A stretch of DNA of 64,000 nt, from the IMG/VR virus record IMGVR_UViG_3300037310_000496; one strand, given 5' to 3'. Positions 48,852-56,531 of this stretch are shown here, in pieces. The translations under genes and the position numbers were made by a program. This DNA comes from a virus. Under the pieces are notes generated by a model, which worked only from the letters and a program-made list of their open reading frames with translations, was not told the DNA's origin and searched no databases. Numbering within the stretch: position 1 is the stretch's first letter; each line of letters starts with the position of its first letter.

Positions 48852-49181
48852 ATGAGTGAAACGAAAATTCCAGACGATCTAGATCATCTAGATCATCTAG
48901 ATGATCTAGATAATATAGATGATCTAGATGATCTAGATGATCTAGATGATTTAGATGATCTAGATCTAGACTCTCATATTCATGAGAGTCTAGAAGAGGT
49001 GGAGACACCTGATCTCCACATACTCAACGGGGACATGTACTGTCCCTGTCATTGTCCCGCCACTTCATGTGGCGGGACTGAGCGGGATGAAAACCCGCAC
49101 AACCATTTCCCCCAAGAGGGGGAATTGGAAGCAGGGGATTCCTGCTTCTATTGTAATATGAAAGAGCCCTGCGAGTGCTAG
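48852..49181 (+). CDS. Acidic-repeat, Cys/His-rich small protein
   Basis: (DDL)n N-terminus then YCPCHC..C, CFYC..PCEC; AGGTGG SD. Confidence 0.65.
   Translation: MSETKIPDDLDHLDHLDDLDNIDDLDDLDDLDDLDDLDLDSHIHESLEEVETPDLHILNGDMYCPCHCPATSCGGTERDENPHNHFPQEGELEAGDSCFYCNMKEPCEC
48873..48962 (+). repeat. 9-bp coding repeat x10 (GATGATCTA, DDL)
   Basis: Ten consecutive units with minor variants. Confidence 0.9.
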
Positions 49182-49226
49182 AGCTCTTTCGAAAAAATCA
49201 CCTAGGATTTATCTAGGTGATTTTAC

Positions 49227-49278
49227 ATTTTCTGCCCAGGAAAGGCTGGGCTTGGGTGTTCGACTCACCCAGAAAATA
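49227..49278 (+). ncRNA. Anticodon-less tRNA-like element 5
   Basis: AUUUUCU/AGAAAAU, GCCCAG-GAAAGG-CUGGGC, T arm GGGUG-UUCGACU-CACCC, then AUCC. Confidence 0.8.
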
Positions 49279-49279
49279 T

Positions 49280-49510
49280 CCGATCCATAAGAATCTAGGA
49301 GGCGTTTTACGCTTCCTTGATATCAAGAGTGACCTTAGGGTTATTCTTGGAACTCGGCGAGTATATCTCGCCGACTGGATAGCGGAAAATGAGTTAGCCT
49401 GCCAATGGCAGGCTGACTGTCTATAAAAATAAATATGTCACCTAGTATAGCTAGGTGACATATTTCATGAATGATTTGGATGATATGGACAATTGTTCAT
49501 ATCATCCATA
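49280..49510 (+). other. Second hairpin array (non-coding)
   Basis: TCGGCGAG/CTCGCCGA 49354-49374, 15-bp perfect IR 49431-49465, GGATGATATG/CATATCATCC 49478-49507 and others. Confidence 0.8.
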
Positions 49511-49529
49511 ACCATAAGAAGGTGAAAAA

Positions 49530-50087
49530 ATGAGTGTAAGCGAAAAAACTTATCGAATCTTCACGCTCAAAGGACGAGCAGACTGGCTCGTCGAAGGAGC
49601 TGAAGTAGAGGAATTCATTCTTTCCAACGGCACCGCCATCACGGCAGTTGCCGTTGGAGAGACTGGAAGAGGGAGAAGCCTAGGACTTCTCCCGATCAAC
49701 GCTAACAAGGGTAGATTTGTTACCCTTGTAACCATTGGAACAACCAAGGCGGGGCATCCTCGCCTGTTTGTCTCCAATGGAAAACCAACAGACGACGAAG
49801 CAATCGTCGTCTGGAAACTAGAGGGAGGCTACCGAGGTAGCCTTTCCTATACTCCCAATCCCCCTGGGCGAGTGCTAGCCCAGGGGAACACCGCCCAAGG
49901 GGATGCTGGGAGGATGGGATCTAGCTTACAGCTAGTTACCATCCTCCCCATTTCCACCCCAGTGAGGGTGGAATATTCTGGTCGGCTCTACGGAGCCGAC
50001 CCAGCTCATACGATTGAACTGCATCCAGGTGGAGTCCTGGATGTAGCAACGGACTTAGAGATCCAAGTCCGTAATGCAACCGATTGA
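49530..50087 (+). CDS. Conserved phage hypothetical protein
   Basis: VAVGETGRGR..., LAQG.TAQGDAGRMGS motif; AGGTGA SD. Confidence 0.7.
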   Translation: MSVSEKTYRIFTLKGRADWLVEGAEVEEFILSNGTAITAVAVGETGRGRSLGLLPINANKGRFVTLVTIGTTKAGHPRLFVSNGKPTDDEAIVVWKLEGGYRGSLSYTPNPPGRVLAQGNTAQGDAGRMGSSLQLVTILPISTPVRVEYSGRLYGADPAHTIELHPGGVLDVATDLEIQVRNATD

Positions 50088-50180
50088 ACCCATTTTTCTT
50101 ATTATCTATTTATCATTTTTTATTTCCATCTTTTTTTATTGTGTCATTGGGATATTCCAGAAGGATATCCCAATGACACA

Positions 50181-50221
50181 ATCCCCAATAGTGACAAGGA
50201 GTGCAAATCTCCTAGGGGATA
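50181..50221 (+). ncRNA. Anticodon-less tRNA-like element 6
   Basis: AUCCCC/GGGGAU, T arm AGGAG-UGCAAAU-CUCCU, then AUCC. Confidence 0.75.
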
Positions 50222-50286
50222 TCCACCAATGGATATTTTTCCATTGGTCAAAAGGATACTAGCCTATCCTGGACTCTAGGCTAGAG

Positions 50287-50511
50287 GTGAACGAATGGAT
50301 ACCATTATGGTATCTTGAGCGTCTATATACGCTCAAAAACAGCGTTTATGTAATCTATTCTTTTGAATATCGAAACATACTCGACAGGAGAATGGAAAAA
50401 ATGAGTATGGAAATTACCCGTACTCCCGCCAGTACCATCTGGCATTTGGAAATTGCTTCCATGTCAGATGGTGTGATTTCCCAACGGAAGCTGGAAAAAT
50501 CGAAAAGATGA
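50287..50511 (+). CDS. Possible small or decayed ORF
   Basis: The SD-positioned ATG (50295) opens only a 7-codon frame; the 74-aa frame starts at GTG inside the SD. Confidence 0.3.
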   Translation: MNEWIPLWYLERLYTLKNSVYVIYSFEYRNILDRRMEKMSMEITRTPASTIWHLEIASMSDGVISQRKLEKSKR

Positions 50512-50563
50512 CTAGTCTATGACTGTCGTCTAGCATCTAGCTAGGTGCTAGACAACAACATAA

Positions 50564-50603
50564 ATCCCTACTAGTATTAGGAGTGCAAGTCTCCTGAGGG
50601 ATG
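50564..50603 (+). ncRNA. Anticodon-less tRNA-like element 7
   Basis: AUCCCU/AGGGAU, T arm AGGAG-UGCAAGU-CUCCU, then GUCC. Confidence 0.75.
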
Positions 50604-50686
50604 TCCACCTATGAAAAACCCAATATAGGTTTCCATAGGCAATAAGGATATCCGCCTATCCAGGAATCCAGGCGGAAGGTGACAAT

Positions 50687-51835
50687 ATGACCAGACAACC
50701 AAATTTCAGCTTTGTCCAGCTGAAAAATGCATCGGCGTCGAAGTTCAACAATTCGGCGTCTATTTCATTGATGGACAAAGCCTCTGAATTTGAGTCGGAA
50801 ATGGAGTCCATCCATTTCCGACCTCAGGAAATGGAGTTTGAAGGTCGGGCGACCAATTTTGGTCGCCTAACCGATAGAAGTATCGGCGACCTTCTTTCCA
50901 AGTCGACCATAGACGTCAAGAAAGACGATTACGATCGACTTGGGACTCTCATGAACGGAGAAATTGGCAGGCTCCTTTTGGTAGCGGCATCCAGCCGCCC
51001 CACCAAGGAGCAGCACAAGCTCCTAAGATACGATGGCGAAATAAAAGCCATCGTAGGGACTAACTACCCCTCTCCTAGGGAGATGGGGTTTTCTGTCCCC
51101 AGATTGGTCAAGGAAATCAATTCCTTGACAACAGTGCACAAGATGCACTCAGTCTGGGAACCGAACACTGGCATCCAGGGTGCCCAGATGATCCTCCACA
51201 TAGAAGATCACCCAGTCCTGGGGCAACCCATGGGCTATGGAATTGACATCTTCAATTCCATCTATGGCGGAGCAAGTCTCCGCATAAATCTGACCACCCT
51301 GAACCTGGTCTGCACCAATGGTGCGACCAGCAGGTCTCCATTGACAGGAGTGGAAATTGTCCACTCCTCCACTGCAAATGTGGCGAAAGGATTGATTCGC
51401 CTACTTAGCAGCAGTGGAAATTCCGACTTGAACATTGTTCGGCAGCTAGAATCTGCTGCCATGGTCAACGGAAGTCGCAGACTAGTTCGAGAGGAAAACA
51501 TCCCCTCTTTCCACACCCAAATTGCCAAAGCAATTTTGGGCAAGACCAAGATCAATGTGGCAAATGATCGTGACACGATCACCCAAGCCACCCAAACAAA
51601 AATTGATGTTGATCTTGGGATCAGCAAACTAGTCAATGGGAAATCCCTCACAAAAAGTGAGGGTGAACAAGTAAAAGAAATCATGGTGGTAGATGACACC
51701 ATCCCCCATGATTTTCTTTACACTAGATATGGATTGGCGGCAGCCATATCCCGGCTAGCCAATCTGCCAACTATTGGAGCATCCCGATCTCGGGATCTCC
51801 AAATTTTGTCACAGGAGACTATGATAGCCACGTAG
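50687..51835 (+). CDS. DUF932-like protein
   Basis: LRYDGEIKAIVGTNY, IFNSIYGGASLRI...LVCTNGA; AGGTGA SD. Confidence 0.75.
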   Translation: MTRQPNFSFVQLKNASASKFNNSASISLMDKASEFESEMESIHFRPQEMEFEGRATNFGRLTDRSIGDLLSKSTIDVKKDDYDRLGTLMNGEIGRLLLVAASSRPTKEQHKLLRYDGEIKAIVGTNYPSPREMGFSVPRLVKEINSLTTVHKMHSVWEPNTGIQGAQMILHIEDHPVLGQPMGYGIDIFNSIYGGASLRINLTTLNLVCTNGATSRSPLTGVEIVHSSTANVAKGLIRLLSSSGNSDLNIVRQLESAAMVNGSRRLVREENIPSFHTQIAKAILGKTKINVANDRDTITQATQTKIDVDLGISKLVNGKSLTKSEGEQVKEIMVVDDTIPHDFLYTRYGLAAAISRLANLPTIGASRSRDLQILSQETMIAT

Positions 51836-51863
51836 TTCACTAGTACATGATCGTGGTAAAAAC

Positions 51864-51923
51864 GATCATGTATACGATGATGTATACGATGATGTATACG
51901 ATGATGTATACGATGATGTATTG
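51864..51923. repeat. 12-bp tandem repeat x5 (GATGATGTATAC)
   Basis: Five near-identical units just after the DUF932 stop. Confidence 0.9.
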
Positions 51924-52104
51924 ATACATGATCGCATACATGATCGTTTCATGTCGGTCATGTATCCATGCATGACCGATGCAAAAATGAACCGAAGGGC
52001 TAGTCCGCCCACAAGGTTGAAGATGTGCATTCACCCACACATCGCCAGACACTCACTCACCATCTGGCAACCTGGGTAAGGGACTACAGTCCCAAGGTGA
52101 ACAC

Positions 52105-52863
52105 ATGAAAATGGAAGACCTCGCAAATCTCCTGAAGACCGAAAGTATTCAAGAGATTGGAATGGAGATTCTGAAGAAATTCATTGACCGTCACTCGAAA
52201 GTAACGATAAAAGAATTTCTCAACGATTTTGTCGGGATTTCAGCAATTCGCTGTGACGAGTTGCTGGACTCTCTCAATCGTGAAACTGGTATTTTTCCTG
52301 ATAAGTCATACCAAAAAAACATCAGTGCCGATAATAAAAATATACAAAACGGCGCCGAATTGGTAGCGAAAAAGTTGCCTATTGTTGAAAAACCATTCAT
52401 CACCGAACCGGTGGAATGGTTAACAATTGTCAGTGAAACCACTGATGAAGTCTCCGGTGTGTTGACGGATGAAAAAACCGTCAACATAGAAACTGACGAC
52501 AAAAAGGAAAAAAACCGACCAATAACTGGTCGGTATATAAAGAAAAATACCGAGAATAAACCCATAATCCATGAAGAGCCAAAAGGCGCCATGGTATACG
52601 AGCTGAAATATTTAATTGAAATGGCTCGATCCGAATATCCCATCCAAAGCGGGAATTGGATAAAAATATCATGGGAAAATGGGAAAAAATACAGTAAGCC
52701 ATTCTGTAAATTGACAAACGAGAATGGTGAACAATGGTTAGAAGTGGTGGATCGTATCTACCACGAAGATGGTAAAAGAGAAGGGAAGGTTTATATTCCC
52801 TTGCCCGGGAAAATATTTTTCCCAATAAGTGGAAATGAAGCCATCCGTATAATGGTTGTGTAG
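52105..52863 (+). CDS. Early-region hypothetical protein
   Basis: 252 aa; GGGACT/AGTCCC hairpin then AGGTGA-4nt-ATG. Confidence 0.65.
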   Translation: MKMEDLANLLKTESIQEIGMEILKKFIDRHSKVTIKEFLNDFVGISAIRCDELLDSLNRETGIFPDKSYQKNISADNKNIQNGAELVAKKLPIVEKPFITEPVEWLTIVSETTDEVSGVLTDEKTVNIETDDKKEKNRPITGRYIKKNTENKPIIHEEPKGAMVYELKYLIEMARSEYPIQSGNWIKISWENGKKYSKPFCKLTNENGEQWLEVVDRIYHEDGKREGKVYIPLPGKIFFPISGNEAIRIMVV

Positions 52864-53377
52864 GGTTATTCCCTACATTTAACCAAAAGTGTAAAATCAC
52901 AAAACACATTTTACGATTTTACATGGAATCTAAATAAAGGTGTTTTTCACATAACCCTTATATATCCCGCTTATATACCATTTATATACAAAAACGGCTA
53001 TTTAAAGGGTATTTAAACCATGAAATTTTTATCATTTTTTTGATCATTATTTCCCACGGGTTTTTATAATAACCATTCCAAATTTACTGGAACCAGTAAG
53101 AAATGCCTTTAAAAAAAAAACACTGAAAAAAAGGAAAGGTAACCATAAAACTATATTCCAGATCTTACGAAAAGGTTTGTTTGTAGTTTGAAAAGCATCA
53201 AATGCACGTCCACCCACGTAATATATGTATACGTAGTATATTCAACATGGGGTGGACGTGAACCAATCCTGTAAAAAACCCCACAAATCAGTATTGACCA
53301 TGGTATGACTTTTTATTCCACCATGGTTTAAATATAAGGTACTCTATAGTGGGTTAGGAGTTTACGTTTCTCCTGAT

Positions 53378-53971
53378 TTGGTGTACTGTAATATTACAGC
53401 ACAACCGAAAAACGTAGGGAACATGTATGTGAAAAAAAGAAAACCTCAACACCTAAACAAAACCAAACATAAGCCGCTGTACCCAACAAATGAGAATATA
53501 ACTTCCTGGAAGAGGGAATTGACGTTCGCCAATTCCTCCCCAGCAAGAAATATCCAAATTGTTAAGTTCTGGACTTGGTGGAATGTAGCAAAGGCAATGG
53601 GGTTCATTCCCAAGGACTTATCGTTCTTGGTGGAGGATGCCATTGTTCACGACATTCCCATCAAAGTATCAGCTCCAAAGGCTGACATCATCTACAATGA
53701 TGGAATAGTATGCTTGATCAGAACGCAGGTCGCACATGATCTAGACAGTCAGGGAGCATATGACCGTCTTGATCCGGAAGTTCATGGTGCCACTTGGATA
53801 TCCCAGTTTGGATTATACCTATGGGTGGTCACTGATCCGTCTGTCCTGGCAGAATGGAGGAAATGGAAATCCAAAACCCATAATTGGCAGTGGTGGCAGC
53901 AACAAGAGCAACGGAAACAGCAACAGCAACAGCAACAGCAACAACAACAACGACAGCAAAGACAACCATAA
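53378..53971 (+). CDS. Hypothetical protein with poly-Gln C-terminus
   Basis: KADIIY..CLIRTQ weakly PD-(D/E)XK-like; CAG/CAA run 53896-53968; true start may be ATG about 53424. Confidence 0.55.
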   Translation: MVYCNITAQPKNVGNMYVKKRKPQHLNKTKHKPLYPTNENITSWKRELTFANSSPARNIQIVKFWTWWNVAKAMGFIPKDLSFLVEDAIVHDIPIKVSAPKADIIYNDGIVCLIRTQVAHDLDSQGAYDRLDPEVHGATWISQFGLYLWVVTDPSVLAEWRKWKSKTHNWQWWQQQEQRKQQQQQQQQQQQRQQRQP

Positions 53972-53985
53972 AAAAAGGTGGTAGT

Positions 53986-54378
53986 ATGTACAGAAAAAAG
54001 AAGACAATGAGTCAAGAAATGACTCAACTAAAACTGATCCTCGGATATAAACATCTATCCGAAGTGATCACTGGCACTGCAGGCAAAAGCATGTCTGCAG
54101 TTTCAATGATGGTAATCAGAAAACTGATTGTCATGGAAAATATCATTCGAAAAAATGACTGGTATATCATCAAATGGACACGAAGAAAACATTTTGTGTT
54201 CACTCAAGCCAATGGGATTGACCTTGTCCTATATATCCATCCCGAACTGGTTGATGAGGGATATGTCATTGTTCTCCATCGACAAAAATACACGGTCAGC
54301 CAAATTTTGCTGGTTGAGGATCTTTATAATGAATACCATGAGCTGGTGATGAAATACAGCGGAACCTGGATGGAGTAG
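53986..54378 (+). CDS. Hypothetical protein
   Basis: ATG 53986 after AGGTGG. Confidence 0.6.
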   Translation: MYRKKKTMSQEMTQLKLILGYKHLSEVITGTAGKSMSAVSMMVIRKLIVMENIIRKNDWYIIKWTRRKHFVFTQANGIDLVLYIHPELVDEGYVIVLHRQKYTVSQILLVEDLYNEYHELVMKYSGTWME

Positions 54379-54541
54379 GCATTCCATCCAAGGAGCTCCG
54401 ACAATAGACTTCGCCATATAGAAGCCTAAACTAAAAAACTGAACCTCCGTCCATTCATGTTCATATTCTTTGTTTTTATTTTTGTTTTTATTTCTATTTT
54501 TATTTTTATATCCAGATCGTTGAATATGTCTCTGAAGGACG

Positions 54542-54558
54542 TAAATATTTAAATATTC
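54542..54558. promoter_or_regulatory. Palindromic TATA element identical to the one at 8852-8868
   Basis: TAAATATTTAAATATTC, exact 17-mer match. Confidence 0.55.
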
Positions 54559-54562
54559 AGTA

Positions 54563-54602
54563 GTCCTCAATAGTATTGGGAGTGCAAGTCTCCTAGAGGA
54601 TG
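54563..54602 (+). ncRNA. Anticodon-less tRNA-like element 8
   Basis: GUCCUC/GAGGAU, T arm GGGAG-UGCAAGU-CUCCU, then GUCC and hairpin GCCUUUG/CAAAGGC. Confidence 0.75.
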
Positions 54603-54718
54603 TCCGCCTTTGGCAAATTATATATTCAAAGGCAGGAATGGCGACGGTTGCCTTAAACCGGATGGTGAAAACATAATGAATGAAAGACATTCAAAAATTC
54701 TTAGGAGTGTGAAGCAAA

Positions 54719-54916
54719 ATGAGCATGAACAGAAAAAAAGACAAGAAAAATAAATATGCTGGCAACATAACTGTTGCCGAGGAAATGTCAGCCACAAAAT
54801 GGCTGGTATGGAAATGGGACGGCAAAAAGTATGCCGATCCCCAGATAGCCCATGTTGATGGACACATATCCCAGATGACATGGGTGGACTTTGGCACGGA
54901 AGAGGAAAAGATGTGA
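54719..54916 (+). CDS. Small hypothetical protein
   Basis: 65 aa, coupled to next ORF. Confidence 0.5.
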   Translation: MSMNRKKDKKNKYAGNITVAEEMSATKWLVWKWDGKKYADPQIAHVDGHISQMTWVDFGTEEEKM

Positions 54917-55161
54917 AAGATCTCATAACCCTGCAGAAAGACAGGATCATGGCAACCATGGATGAATTGTGCCAAATGATCCAGCGTCTTGAGGGACATG
55001 AGGGACATGGAGAAATTGAGTCATGGTGCATAACCATGATGAAGGAGATGGTGGATAGTCACCACGATCTCCTCAATAGGCTGGCAATCCTGGAGGATAT
55101 CCGGGATGACCGGAAGATTGAAGGATTGGGACATGTGCCACATCTACCACATCTACCGTGA
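54880..55161 (+). CDS. Small helical hypothetical protein
   Basis: Coiled-coil-like; start uncertain. Confidence 0.45.
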   Translation: MGGLWHGRGKDVKDLITLQKDRIMATMDELCQMIQRLEGHEGHGEIESWCITMMKEMVDSHHDLLNRLAILEDIRDDRKIEGLGHVPHLPHLP

Positions 55162-55291
55162 TGCATGTCCAATGACCACATCAACATGGTGTGGTCGAAA
55201 GGGTCATTCGATTGAAGTGCCGAATGGGACCATCCGGATATGCCAGGATTGCCTCAAGAAATCAGGTGGATCCAAGGCGTTTCGGAACTGA
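55106..55291 (+). CDS. Small Zn-finger protein
   Basis: CH...C.....CG......ICQDC. Confidence 0.45.
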   Translation: MTGRLKDWDMCHIYHIYRDACPMTTSTWCGRKGHSIEVPNGTIRICQDCLKKSGGSKAFRN

Positions 55292-55523
55292 TGGTCTGAA
55301 GCTGAACCATCGTACAGATATTTCAATGGTCATAATTGACCACCAATTCACATGATGTGGATGGTAAGTCACATATTTGCATATGTGGTCTGTATTGATG
55401 TGAAATCAATATCCTTGACGATATGGCTATAATTGGTGCCATATCATCAAAAACAGTCTGGAAAGTTGGCAATGTTGTCAACTATTCTGACATGGACTAT
55501 ATCAAAAAAAGAGTAAAGAAAAC

Positions 55524-55727
55524 ATGTCAACAAACCAAAATGAAAAACCAAGTGGCGAAATCCGCCATATCATCCACCGCAACGGATCTATCTTTTGCGG
55601 CAAGGATGTTGCAAATGCGATGACAATCGAGAATGACATTTTTTATGATGTCGTTTATGAAGAACGACTCATTCCAGTGTCAAAAATATGCAAGGAATGC
55701 ATGGAGATATTCTGGAATAGTGACTGA
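55524..55727 (+). CDS. Small Zn-finger protein
   Basis: HIIH...IFCG...ICKECM. Confidence 0.55.
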   Translation: MSTNQNEKPSGEIRHIIHRNGSIFCGKDVANAMTIENDIFYDVVYEERLIPVSKICKECMEIFWNSD

Positions 55728-55730
55728 ACA

Positions 55731-56174
55731 ATGACTAAACAGGTGGAAATCAAAAAAAAGAATAGGTTGCACTATTTAGCGATTAGCTGGCATAAAATGC
55801 CGGAGGAACTACTCATGACACTGAGACTTGTTGGAAAAACAATTTCTGGAGTCAATATGGTGTTCAAATCGTATGTCAACCGAATAGAGATATTTGGTGA
55901 CATTGTGGAAACTCAAGATAGGTGGTTCCATATTGTTCAGCCATATATAACCAACTCGTTCTGGATAACATTTTGCGGTGACGTCAATGAATTGACTGGA
56001 ATTTTAACTAATTCAGAAATAATCGAATTGGAATATCCCAGTTCGCTTCGCAGGATGAATTTCCATGACGAGAAAAAATGGGTGGTGCTAGAGGAACAAC
56101 CTATGACTGACGAATATTTCTCGATGGTCAAGTCGGAATATCCATGGCTCCATAAAAAATTGTGGGAGCATTGA
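55731..56174 (+). CDS. Hypothetical protein
   Basis: 147 aa, coupled to upstream stop. Confidence 0.55.
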   Translation: MTKQVEIKKKNRLHYLAISWHKMPEELLMTLRLVGKTISGVNMVFKSYVNRIEIFGDIVETQDRWFHIVQPYITNSFWITFCGDVNELTGILTNSEIIELEYPSSLRRMNFHDEKKWVVLEEQPMTDEYFSMVKSEYPWLHKKLWEH

Positions 56175-56244
56175 TGGCGTCAATTGTCGACTTCGAAAAA
56201 ATGACCGTGTTGGATCAATACCCCAATTGTAGGTAAGAAGAAAG

Positions 56245-56502
56245 ATGATTAAAGGAAAAAAACTTGTCGATGCTACTGTCACGTGGACTAATGGCTACCT
56301 GGAAATTACGAGATGGTGGCGAGAAAATATTGAAGGAATGGTGGAAGTGACTACCATATCATTCAATAAGAAGACTGGGGAAAGGAAGGAATACCAGAAG
56401 TATGTCACGGTAAAGGAAAGTCGTGAAAATATGAATGGATTTAATTTGCAGAAGCGCAAAGAAGTTAAGGCAAGATCAGGATCAAGATCAAGAAAATGGT
56501 GA
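56245..56502 (+). CDS. Hypothetical protein
   Basis: 85 aa with basic RS-rich tail. Confidence 0.5.
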   Translation: MIKGKKLVDATVTWTNGYLEITRWWRENIEGMVEVTTISFNKKTGERKEYQKYVTVKESRENMNGFNLQKRKEVKARSGSRSRKW

Positions 56503-56531
56503 TTTGATATTCTTGATCCTGTTTGACTATG

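Noticed and set aside
49217-49426. 69-aa ORF over tRNA mimic 5
   Set aside because: GTG start without SD, and it runs entirely through stacked inverted repeats; more likely non-coding
47227-49510. CRISPR mini-array or solitary repeat units among the hairpins
   Set aside because: No repeated identical unit with regular spacers; hairpin sequences are unrelated. One hairpin followed by TTCAGAAAC (47250-47258) is too weak alone.
47260-54602. Genuine tRNA genes in the early region
   Set aside because: None of the eight elements has an anticodon arm and all are only 40-55 nt long
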